Assembly: GCF_006345805.1 (NCBI RefSeq)
Contig: NC_043003.1
Span: 40,548,001 to 40,612,000, forward strand
DNA length: 64,000 bases
Source: Octopus sinensis
Lineage: Eukaryota
Direction: 5' to 3'
Under the pieces are notes generated by a model. The model was not told the origin of the DNA. It ran no database searches and saw nothing but the letters and a program-made list of their open reading frames with translations. Position numbers and translations under genes: made by a program. Below, piece by piece: positions 39,312-50,720 of the stretch (position 1 is its first letter; each line of letters opens with the position of its first letter).

Positions 39312-40026
39312 TATCAATAATAATAAAGGGTAAAATTAATTAATTAAATAGTAATTAATAATTTCACCAAGTAGTATTCGGCATGTTAGTAGGACCATTT
39401 TTCGGTAAACTTATACAATATTTTATAATTATGAGTATAATTGTAATTAGGGTTCAGCAAAAATTTGCTTCACCACATACCGAACTTTAGAAATAGCAGT
39501 CAAAGAACCTTAGCTATTTCTTCTACTATAAGAAGAAACTCCCGGACAACAAATACTCAAAACAAACCACGTAGACACAGAGGAAAAACAATGTAATTCA
39601 CTCGGTATTTGATTACCTGTGGACGCGTTTCGGAATTAGAGCGGTATGAAGAATGTAAAAATCACCTTTCATCCAATAATTTTCCTCTTCAGCACAGGAT
39701 TCCAAAATTTTAAATTTGAGAGCACTGAAAAAATTGAACATACCTATCCAATTCAAGTAGTATCAGACCTGTACCAACGAATTCAAAAACATACGAATAA
39801 GGTCTCGCATCTTCCCTCACCCATCCACGTGTGTTGTCGAGTAAAAAATACTACAGAGAAAAACTGTAGTTTATTATCAGGGAGAGAATGATATTATCAA
39901 TAATAATAAAAGGTAAAATTAATTAATTAACTAGTAATTAATAATTCCACCAAGTATTCGGCATGTCAAAAGGACCATTTTTCGGTAAACGCTAACAATA
40001 TTTTATATTATGAGTATATTATAATT
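39312..40026 (-). mobile_element. Non-coding 583-bp unit with ~135-bp terminal direct repeat (Penelope-derived or retrozyme-like)
   Basis: 39312-39448 is repeated at 39895-40026; contains an intact hammerhead. Confidence 0.7.
39616..39698 (-). ncRNA. Minimal type-I hammerhead ribozyme (PLE-type)
   Basis: CCTGTG CTGAAGA GGAA-[46 nt]-TTCC GAAA CGCG TC CACAGG. 6-bp stem I, intact core, palindromic ACGCGU stem III, GUC site (cut between 39622 and 39621). Confidence 0.85.
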
Positions 40027-40139
40027 ATATTCATAATTATAATTATAAAATATTATATATATATATATATAATATATATATATATATATTATATATATTA
40101 TATATATATAATATATATATATATATATAATATATATAT

Positions 40140-40171
<32 letters not shown>

Positions 40172-40186
40172 ATATATAAATATACG

Positions 40187-40711
40187 TATAAGGCAAATAA
40201 GAAAATGGACAGAATAATAATCGACACACATCAAACAGTAAACATTCAATTATATCTATTAAATAATTAATTACAAACATATGTGTAAGTGATCCGAGTA
40301 AACGAATGAAATAAGCTTATAGATAGGTAAACATACACACACACTGACATATATATATATATTATGAATAATAATAGATGAGTGTACAAATGCTAAACTC
40401 TTACAGCCGTTTCTACCATGACACTGCCAAATGTTCCAAGTTATCCTCATCACGTCAGTGATATACAGGGATTAGCAAACATTGGACAGGGATTGGACAA
40501 TGGTTGAGCCCAAAGGCTTCTTCAGAGAGTGCAAATGTTAGGAAACTAATACGTGGGAAAGTAAGTTAAAATAATAGAGTCAGATAAAATAAAAATAAAA
40601 ATAAAAGTAATGTAATAGAAATAGTAAGGGATGGTAAGAATTTCATTTGAAGGTGGTCTGATAGAAACGGCCGTAAGAGTTCAGTATTTGTATACTCATC
40701 TATTATTATTC

Positions 40712-40749
<38 letters not shown>

Positions 40750-40893
40750 TTACGTATCTATCGGCTTATTTCTTTCGTTTACTTGGATCACTTAACATAT
40801 GTTTGTAATCAGTTGATAACTAGATATAACTGAATGTTTACTAGCTGATGTGTATCGATTATTTATCCTTTCCATTTTCTTATTTGCCTTATA
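40187..40893. repeat. Fold-back with ~230-bp imperfect arms (40187-40415 / 40662-40893)
   Basis: For example TATAAGGCAAATAAGAAAATGG vs CCATTTTCTTATTTGCCTTATA. The inner arm ends carry GAAACGG(C/T)(C/T)GTAAGAG. Confidence 0.9.
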
Positions 40894-41061
40894 AATCCTG
40901 GGTAAATTTCTAATTTACCCCACCCATACCTAGTATTCAATTGCAATATTGCCATGCAATAGTAGTCACTTTGGTTATAAATACACAGCTACACATCCAG
41001 TAGTATATTGGATATTTAATATCTCTTATATGGTACTTAACATCTAACTCATACAGACATA

Positions 41062-41104
<43 letters not shown>

Positions 41105-41110
41105 TATATA

Positions 41111-41174
41111 TTCATTACGTCTGACAAATATTTCACAAATACAAATAAAAGAAATATTTGTCAGACGTAATGAA
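41111..41174. repeat. Perfect 24-bp inverted repeat, 16-nt loop
   Basis: TTCATTACGTCTGACAAATATTTC / GAAATATTTGTCAGACGTAATGAA. Confidence 0.95.
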
Positions 41175-41368
41175 AATATCATTTGTTAGTATATTTTTGT
41201 AAAGGTATAAAATGTTTTCGAATATTACTAAAGAGATGAAATCGAATATCTCTAATATCCTTACGGTTATCTCTCTCTTTCTCCCCTCTCTCTCGCCATT
41301 TATCTATCGATATATGGATAGATATATAATAGGCATATAAGCAGATAGACAGGCAGATAGATAGATAA

Positions 41369-41407
<39 letters not shown>

Positions 41408-41484
41408 TATAGATAGATAGATAGGTAGATAGATAGACAGACGGGCAGATGAATAAATAGATAATTAGATAGATAGAAATAAAC

Positions 41485-41560
<76 letters not shown>

Positions 41561-41622
41561 GAATAAATAGACAGACGTTCGTAAAGACAGAAATATTTCA
41601 CTTCATTTCATGTGAATTTGTG

Positions 41623-41685
<63 letters not shown>

Positions 41686-41710
41686 CTATCTATCTGTCTA
41701 TCTATCTATC

Positions 41711-42611
41711 ACCACGTTAAAAGGAGGGCTGGGCATGCCGTGGTTGATGATGCGCAGACACGCGCGAGACGTGCGACATCTCTGGCTCTATGTAGACGAC
41801 GGTGAACAGGTGTGGTCGCCGTTTGTGAGGCACGCTTTCCCGCAGCTCGTCTCCATGACCGAACTGCAGTCGTGGATCAAAAAGAGGCCGAAGAAAGGCG
41901 AATGGCACCGCGAGTGTCGCGTTGCTCTCAAGCAACTCTGCCGTCCTGGGGTCGCCTTGAGTGACTTCAACACAACCAAAGCATTCTATAGGGGTTTAGT
42001 GGAGGGGAGGTACGACGACGAGCTCGGGGCGACCTGGACGTCGACGAGGAGTACCTGACCCGCCTGTTCAGGACGACTTTCGGGCCAGGGCCATGGACAC
42101 TTCCAGAGATCCATGGCCTGGCAGTGCTACCGAGAAGCGCTACCCGTTCGGGATAAGCTCTACAGACACGGCTCGAGAAAACGGGGGCCGACCGCCCGAG
42201 ATGCGGTCAGAGCGACGAAACCGTTCTGCACGCACTCGTGCAGTGTCCAACAATTTCCGACCTGTGGGCTTGTGTCGAACAACTGCTGTCACGTGTGGGA
42301 CGAGTCGGTTTATCAGCTGAGTCTATCGTCAATATTGTCACGCCTCCCTCCTTCAAACGGAAAGGAGAGCTATTTTCATCATCGTTGTGGCTATGGCGAA
42401 AGAATGTATCTGTGGACGCGGTCTGAAAGGATTGGAGACAAACACTTTCCTCTCTGGTCAATCTCTCATCAACTTCTTCAAGTACCACTTGAAAAGGAAA
42501 GTGAGAGTAGAGAGGAAAGTTTTGTCTAGCGAATGTTTTAAAAAAGATGTGGTGAATGTAGCAAGAATGGCACGTATGAATGACGAAGCCACCTTGAGCA
42601 TGATCCTATGA
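41711..42611 (+). pseudogene. Frameshifted Tx1/L1 ORF2 C-terminus with zf-RVT zinc knuckle
   Basis: KGGLGMPWL motif; AWQCYREALPVRDKL; (R)PRCGQSDETVLHALVQCPTISDLW; stop at 42609-42611. Several single-base frameshifts; GC- and CpG-rich relative to the flanks. Confidence 0.85.
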
Positions 42612-42976
42612 ACCAGAAATTGAAAACAGAGAGTTGCTTATTCGCAAAAAAAAAAAAAAAGAAATATAACATGTGACTCCATTGACCGAGGTACCGTGGT
42701 CTTTTCCGTAGGCTTTTCTTTCCACGGGTAAACCTCACCTGTCCTCCCCTTAACTTCATATTGACATTTCTGTGATAACGATCCTATTGATCAATTTTTT
42801 TTTTTTCTCTCCCCCTTTTTTTTTAACCCCCCTTTTTTTGTCCCCTTTCTCTCCTTTTACGATCCCTTTTGATCGAAACACTCCCCCTTTCCTTTTTTTT
42901 TTTAAACCTTCAAAAAAAAGCTCTACCTGTAATTTGTTCTATCTGTGTGCAGCCCTGTGTGACTAATAAAGAAACA
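41711..42976 (+). mobile_element. 5'-truncated Tx1/L1-clade LINE inserted in (TATC)n
   Basis: ORF2 C-terminus plus a pyrimidine-tract-rich 3' UTR. AATAAA at 42965-42970. (TATC)n at 41623-41710 and from 42977. Confidence 0.88.
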
Positions 42977-42990
42977 TATCTATCTATCTG

Positions 42991-43045
<55 letters not shown>

Positions 43046-43054
43046 GTCTATCTG

Positions 43055-43134
<80 letters not shown>

Positions 43135-43299
43135 CCTGCCTACCTACGAATGTATGTATGTATGTATGTATGTATGTATGTATGTATGTATCTATCTATC
43201 TATCTATCTATCTATCTAACTATGCAACTGTCTGTTTGTCTGTCTATCTACACTCGTGTCACAATCCGTGAGACTACGACACAAGTGGACAGTGAACTC

Positions 43300-43615
43300 C
43301 GTGCATTACAGAAAGCGAGTGGAAAACTTGTTTATCGGAAGAGAGCATCTCTGCAGTTGACACCCATTTGAAGGAGAGAATAGTATGTCTTCTCTGATCT
43401 GCAGAAAATTTCTTCAACGAATAAAGACACTTTCTTCTCTTCTGATGACAAGGGATGAAGGATTAGCGTACATTTGTGACCCGGAAACGTAGGCTCAGCC
43501 CATGAAATGACGCCACACCACTTCTCCAAGTCTTGTGGAGTCCAAGCGATTAGCATAGAAGTCATGCTGACTATTATGGAGACGACAAGGGCGTCATGCC
43601 ATTGATTTTCTAAAA
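43300..43615 (+). mobile_element. Mariner transposase fragment
   Basis: [49 protein letters not shown] resembles L.TGDETW.Y.YDPETK.QS.QWRH..SP..KVM.T.FWD..G. Confidence 0.75.
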
Positions 43616-44504
43616 GTTTGTACGTTAAAAAGTCTTAGAGAAGCTACTAGAAGCTAGATCTAGCAGAATGATCTGGAAACAGTTCACATTCACTATGACA
43701 ATGTCTCACCACAAACATGTGAGGCAACAAAGAAAGCAATTGGCAAACTCAGCAGATTAATGTTACCCCCTATTCTGTGGAGGCTAGATATAGCACCTGC
43801 CGTACACACAAACACGCCAGCTACACATAAATGAACAACTATAACACAGTATAAATGAAATTTAGCATCGACTTCATCAAATAAATATTCTATTAATGTG
43901 TATCTTGCTGTGTATTCCATAGACGCGTCTACATTGGAAACTAGCCTATGAAGAGAGACAGCGTGACCTCAGTGTGAACAGTTTTCTAATTCTTGAATAT
44001 GCAATGTCACTGCAATAATTTGGAAGAAGACATCTGCTGAAGATTCAATGGAGGGAGATGAAGTGCGAAAGGTCGCTACTGAGGCGTAAACTTCTAAACA
44101 AGCAGATCATGCTATACGACGGTTGTCACATGTGCACATCTCCACCATATAAATATTTATATTTGCATCTACTTATTTCACCACACAAAAGCAGATATCC
44201 CGACACATGAAGTGTTTTACGATTATAAACTACATTTAACTTGAAAATAAATACATTTCCTGACAATTTCCTGAAATAGGTGATGTTCCACAAAGGAAAT
44301 CCTCAAATCCCACTCTTTGTTTATTCATTTAATAATGTATTCAGAGGAGATGACTTTTCTTGAAGGCAAGGCTCCAGTGATTTCTACGATGAACAGAAGC
44401 TGTTCCTCTTAAACAGGTGAATTGTGTAAAGACTTAAAGTTGACTCTTATATCTGAATTCGATTTCGTTTCAACCTCCGGATTTAGGTTGAACTTTAGTC
44501 TCAT

Positions 44505-44845
44505 ATACTACTACTACTACTACTACTACCTACCTACCTACCTACCTACCTACCTACCTACCTACCTACCTAACTACCTACTTACCTACCTACCTACCGA
44601 CCGATCTACCTACCTGCCTACCTACCTACCTACCTACCTACCTACATACATACATACATACTTACCTACTTACCTACTTAGCTACCTACCACCTAATTAC
44701 CGACCTACCTACCTGCCTACCTACCTACCCACCTACCCACCTACTTATTTACATATCAAACTACCTATCTACCTACCTACCTACTTACCTACCTACCAGC
44801 CTATATACCTACCTACCAACCTACCTACCTACCTACCTACCTAAC
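44505..44845. repeat. (TAC)n(TACC)n tract
   Basis: Directly visible. Confidence 0.95.
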
Positions 44846-44956
44846 TATGCAATTGTGGTAAAGTGCGATACAAAAATATTTTGTGGGGATAAACTGAAAT
44901 CGAAGTTACCGACGAATAGTATGTTTCACAGCAAAATGGATTTCATTAGGCGCACG

Positions 44957-45138
44957 CTAGGACCAGTTGGCACTTATATATCTGGCAACGATTAAGTCTG
45001 CCCGCCCCAAAAGTTGGATTAGCCCTTCCGTCGATCTTTCACAATTTTCCGTCAAACAAGTTTTATTTACTGGGCTTTCATTAACCCAAATATATGGTAA
45101 AATGCTTTTATCTGAAGTCCCTTGCACTACTAACATAC
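44957..45138 (-). CDS. Possible isolated terminal exon of an unknown gene
   Basis: Good acceptor TTGCATTCTTTCAG|G, then 60 open codons (MLVVQGTSDKSILPYIWVNESP..ARYISANWS*). No recognised domain. Confidence 0.15.
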
Positions 45139-45469
45139 CTGAAAGAATGCAATTTTGAAATAGACACCATGAGTATACTCTTCGATCCCACGCATACATA
45201 CACACACACAAACACACACACACACACACGTAGAATCACTCAGGCTCGCACACACGCGTAGAGATGCACACATGCGTATATATTTGTATATATAGCGCAA
45301 TGCTCACAGACAATCACCACGACATTTTGATTTACGGGTGTAGTACATCAGACGCCATTGTACGCTAATTCCGTCTCTCCAATTTCGTCCACAAGCGTTC
45401 AGTCTACTCGAAGAATATGTCCGAGTGCCTCAATAGAAAGTCCGACACTCACAGGCGCACACACGTGCA

Positions 45470-45503
<34 letters not shown>

Positions 45504-46211
45504 ACACACGTACACATATTTACAGAAAAACACACATCCGCAAAAAGGTATATATACATACACACAAATATATACATGAACACTTACATAAACCTACCCA
45601 TATATTGATAGACTTATCACAGTTTTACACAATCTATGGAAAAATAGGTACAAAGATCTGTAGATTCATACATGTAAGCTCCTTCAGACACGTGATGCAT
45701 GCACTTATACGTATACCTACGCATATACGTCTGCACATCTAACGTTCTAGACCCTTAGAAAGGTCTTAATATGTGGACAGACCTTTATAAATTAAAACGA
45801 ATTTACATACAAATTTAGAAAAACGTAAGTACGTAGAGACAAGCATACACACACACACACACATGCACACACGCACAGACACCCGCATGTATGTCTATGC
45901 AGAAACACTTCTAAATAAAGAAACATAGATATTTGTATAAGCACATATGTACACACACAAGTCTTCATTTTGCTGAAACTGACAAATACACAATACTCTC
46001 CTCTCACACTCACACACACACACACACACACACAAATAGATAGATATGTATGTATTTACGTATTTATGTATTCATGCGTGTATTTATATATGTATTCGTG
46101 TGTATATATACATATGCATACATATATATGTATACATATATGTCCACGCATCTACATACATTCGCATGTGTACATACCGATACACTTACGTACGTGACTA
46201 TACATTATATG

Positions 46212-46250
<39 letters not shown>

Positions 46251-47311
46251 ATTATATATTTATACATACACACATATATGCGCGCATATATTCATAGTCT
46301 GTGTGTGAGAGAGAGGGAGAGAAAGAGAGGGAGACTGAAAGAGAGAGAAAGAGAAAGAAAGACATGTACTAACATGTATATGTATATATTGTACACATTC
46401 ATTTTTACAGCACCTACATACGCCTGTATATACGTACTAATATATACACATCTACATCTACACTAAATCATGCGGGGTACACTTATTATAAATAAGGCCG
46501 TTAGGTCACTACATACACTGGCCGATGTGTTATTTTTTTTTCTATTATTGGGGTTAAATTTCGTGAGAAAGGGGTCAGTTGTTTGGGAAAGCCATCAAAC
46601 ATACCTCATTACGTGTCGGCCATTTTGTGTCACAGTAAAACAGGAGATGCCAAGGGGAATAAGGTGGGGGAGCAGTCAGACAAAGCTAAGATATGTCTTG
46701 GCCATAATGACGCTGCACTGTGACTTAAATAAACAAACATTTACAAGGTTATTTGGTTTGGCGTAAAGATATATACATACATAAAATAAATGGCCGTGTG
46801 AGTAGTTAAATATGTCAAAGTGTGGTAGGGGATGTTTATAGGATGGTGGAAGTTGATGTGATTTTAGATACATATGTGTGAGTATGTGTGTTCGCAACGA
46901 TATGGAGCAGTGCTTGTGTATGCACTGGTGTGTGTAGAGAGTGACTGAAGTGATAGCGTGTGTGTGTATGTTGTGTGTATGTAGTACAATAGATGTCGAG
47001 TGTGTCAGATACTAGTGTGTGTTTTTTTTTGTATGCGTGTGTAAGTGAGTGTGTATGTGTTGTGTATAATTTGTGATGTGTTGTATGAGTAGATGTGGTG
47101 GATGTGATAGTGAATATAGGTGTGTATATCATGTGTGATGTAAGTAGGCGTACTATAATTTAGTGTATATACGTGTGTGTGCGTGTGTGTACATGCCTGT
47201 ACACCATACTTGTCGATATATACATATGTATATGAATTTATCTATGTGTGTGCGCATAAGCTTCTATATACATATAAGGAAATTAATGAGTTAATATCTA
47301 TGTACGTATAA

Positions 47312-47712
47312 GCGGCGATCTGGCAGAATTGTTAGCATGTTGGGCGAACAGTTTAGTGGCAGTTGGTTCGTCTTTAGGTCCTCAGTTCAAATTCTGTCGA
47401 GGTTGACTTTGCCTTTCATCTTTTTGGCGTCGATAAAACAAGTATTAGTTGAACACTAGGATCGATATAATCGACTTACTCCCATTCCAGAAATTGACGG
47501 CCTGGAGCCAAAATTTGAAACCATTATTTGTGCCGAGAGCTGGCAGAACCGTTAGCACACGAGCATGTCGTCTCTTTACTTTCTGAATTCAAATTCTGAG
47601 ATTGCCTTTCATTCTTTCGAGTCCTATGAAATAAATGCCAATTGAACACTTTGTCGATGGAATCGACCTACCCTGCCCCCAAAATTGCTGGCCGTATAAT
47701 AAAATTCGAAAC
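47312..47712 (+). mobile_element. Two adjacent degenerate SINE B2 copies
   Basis: GGCGATCTGGCAGAA.. at 47313 and GAGAGCTGGCAGAA.. at 47534. Confidence 0.7.
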
Positions 47713-48102
47713 GTCAGGTGTGTAACATGAGTGGGATCTATGTGTGTGGTTGTATGCGTTTCTACGTAGGTCTGTATGATTGTGTTATCGTGTTGTATAT
47801 GTATGCATATATGTCCGCACCGACGTAGTGTATGTCCATATATAAGATAGACTACTAGTGTGTTTGCGTGTGTATGTGTGTGTATGTGTGTGTGTGTTTG
47901 TGCAGTGTGTGACAAATGACATATGTGTAAATGCGTATGGATGTAGGTATTACTGTAAATATAAGCAGTTTGGCTTTGTCTGCCTACGAGACTGCGAAAG
48001 CATGTATTTGGAGTGCATGTTAGTTAATGTGTCAATATGTATGTGAAATAATGTGGGTGTGTTTATGTCTTTGAGAAAGTATCATAGTGCTTTTATAGCG
48101 TA

Positions 48103-48353
48103 TGTGGAGGCACGTGGCTTAGCGGTTAGGGGGTCAGCATCATGACCGTAAGATTGTGGTTTCGATTCCTGGACCGGCGACGCGTTGTGTTCTTGAGCAA
48201 AACACTTCATTTCACGTTGCGCCAGTCCACTCAGCTGGCAAAAATTAGTAACGCTGCGATGGACTGGTGTCCCGTCCAGCAGGGGGAACACATACGCCAT
48301 TGAAACTGGGAAACCGGGCCCATGAGCCTGGGTAGGCTTTAAAAGGGCGCATT
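48103..48353 (+). mobile_element. SINE head B + CORE-like + GACTGG.GTCCCGTCCAG module
   Basis: Intact A and B boxes; sister of 4117-4356. Confidence 0.85.
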
Positions 48354-48433
48354 TATTTTTCATTTTTTATAACGTACGGGCGTGCATACACACACACTGA
48401 CATAATACACTTATATACTCATATACAAACACC

Positions 48434-48485
<52 letters not shown>

Positions 48486-48506
48486 TGTGTGTGTGTGTGT
48501 GTGTAT

Positions 48507-48718
48507 ACGTGGATGAGCGATTAGTGTTGCGCTCAAGATCGTAAGATTATGGTCTCCATTCCAGTGCCGTGCGATGGCGTTGTGTACTCGAGCAAAACAC
48601 TTCATTTCCTGTTGCTCCAGCTGGCAAAGATGAGTACTGCAAGGACGGATTTGAGTCCCGTCCAGGTGAAGGATATACGCCCCTTAGAATCCGGTAAACC
48701 GGCGTTATGAACACTCGA
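48507..48718 (+). mobile_element. Degenerate SINE head B copy
   Basis: GAGCAAAACACTTCATTTC..TTGCTCCAG..GTCCCGTCCAGG. Confidence 0.65.
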
Positions 48719-48760
48719 TCCTTTTTGGTGTGTGTGTATGTCTCTGTATGTATATATGTG

Positions 48761-49059
48761 TAGAGGCGCAATGGCCCAGTGGTTAGGGCAGCGGACTCGC
48801 GGTCGTAGGATCGCGGTTTTGATTCCCAGACCGGGCGTTCAGAGTGTTTGTTGAGCAGAAACACCTAAAAGCTCCACGAGGCTCCGGCAGGGAAGGTGGT
48901 GGCGATCCCTGCTGTACCCTTTCGCCACAACTTTCGCCCACTCTTTCCTCTGTTGGCCTGCTCGCTTAGCCAGCGGGGTGACGTCATTTGAAGGCAAAAA
49001 CAATGCGAAGCGACGTGTAGCTACATCTGATAGCCTGGCCGGTCACGTGATCACGTGAT
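48761..49059 (+). mobile_element. SINE head A with a fourth tail type ending GGTCACGTGATCACGTGAT
   Basis: Head matches 36300-36470; tail differs from modules C, D and E. Confidence 0.85.
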
Positions 49060-49479
49060 GTATATATGTATCTGTGTATGTGGCTTTGTATATATGTATG
49101 TATATGTGTATATATATATATATGTATATATATGTATATATATATGTATATATGTATATATGTATATAGCTATATATTGGTGAGCAATATGATGGGTTTG
49201 TATTTTATATGTGTGATTGCGAGTTGTGTGATATGTGTATGTGTGTATTTATGTATACATGGTATTTAGGTTTGTATTTTCGTTCAGAGGTGTGGTTTAT
49301 AATCATTTATTTATATATGCATCTGTTCATAAATACGCGTATATATTTATATATGTGTATATGTTCATGAGTATATGCATCTGTGCATGAAGTAGGGATA
49401 AGGGATGGATAAACGATGGTGAAGAGAAGGTTGGAACGTCCTTCAGAGTAAATTTATAGAGAATATGCAAATGATAGGG

Positions 49480-50720
49480 GACAGGGAAAGAAAGATAGGC
49501 GGAATTAAATATTAAAAAATGGGAGATTGTGGAAAACAAGGAAGGAAACCTAAAGAAGAAGGGAGAAAAAGGAGGAAGGGAGAAATGGAGTGGATAAAGA
49601 AAGGAGCTAAGGATGGCATTAAAGGAAATAGGAGAAACATTAAAAGATAGAAAGGAAAGAAAAACGAACTGTGGGGGATGGGGAGGAAGAAAACGAAGTA
49701 AGAAGGATGTGGAAAGTCCAATTCATGGACAGAAGAATAATGAGGAGGAGAGGGAAGAGGATAAGGAGAAATAAAAAAAAATTGAAGAAGATAAATCGGA
49801 CAATGATGGAGGAATAAAATATGGCGATCGGGAGAGCGGGGGAAAGAAGCAAAAAGGAAGAGGAGATTGGAGAAATAATGAAAGAAAAAACTCGTCAATT
49901 TGTTGGTAAACATAAAATAGATAGATAAAGAAAACGGAAGTCACAGAGAGGAAGATGGAACAGAAAACTGGACAGAAGATGCGGCGAAAGAAATGTAGAG
50001 TTGAGAAATAGATAGACAGACAGAGAGGGAGAAGGAGAGAGAAAGTGTGTAAGAGAAAGAGAAGTGGCAAAAGAAAGGAAGACTGATATAAGCTAGTTAA
50101 GGCGATAGTGGAAAGAATTAAAACGATGCGATAATAAACAGGTTATAAGCAGACAGTAAGGATGGAGCGTATGGGCTTGTAAAAGAGGTTACAGGCACAG
50201 AATTGTTCTGGGCCATTAGATGAACTGTGGGAATTTAAAAGACTTTGATAAAAGGTGTTGTGGGAAGTGTTGTATTATCAGGAATGAAGCAGCTGCTGCA
50301 AAGCGTTGCGTGTGAATGGAAAAAAAAATTGTAGAGAATGAGCAGGAAATGAAGAACTTCTGAATTGTGGGAAAAAGGAAGAGTTGGGGGGGGGGAAAGA
50401 AAATGTTGTGGGAAGAAAGAGTTGTTAGGATAGTGAAAGAGTTGTGGGAAGAAGGAAAGTGATGCGAGGGAGAGAGGAAAAGTTATGTGAAGAAACAAAG
50501 TGTTGTAGGAAGAACTCAAGAGTTGTGGGAAGAAAGGAAAAATTTATTTTGCTATGGAAATAGAAAAGTTGTAGGGTTATGTTTTGTGGGAATAAAATTA
50601 TTTGAAGGTAAGGGTTTTGAGGAAGGACACTGCAAGATTTGAAAGATTAGAAAATTGGTGGAATTGATTATTTTTGAAAATACAGGGTTTGTCGGAAAAA
50701 GACAGTACCCGAGAAAGAAA
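49480..50720. repeat. ~1.2-kb purine-rich (A/G) low-complexity tract
   Basis: Strong strand asymmetry; no ORF of meaning. Confidence 0.8.

Noticed and set aside
43441-43495. CTGATGA...GAAACGTA hammerhead-like pattern
   Set aside because: It lies within mariner coding sequence and stems I and II do not form.
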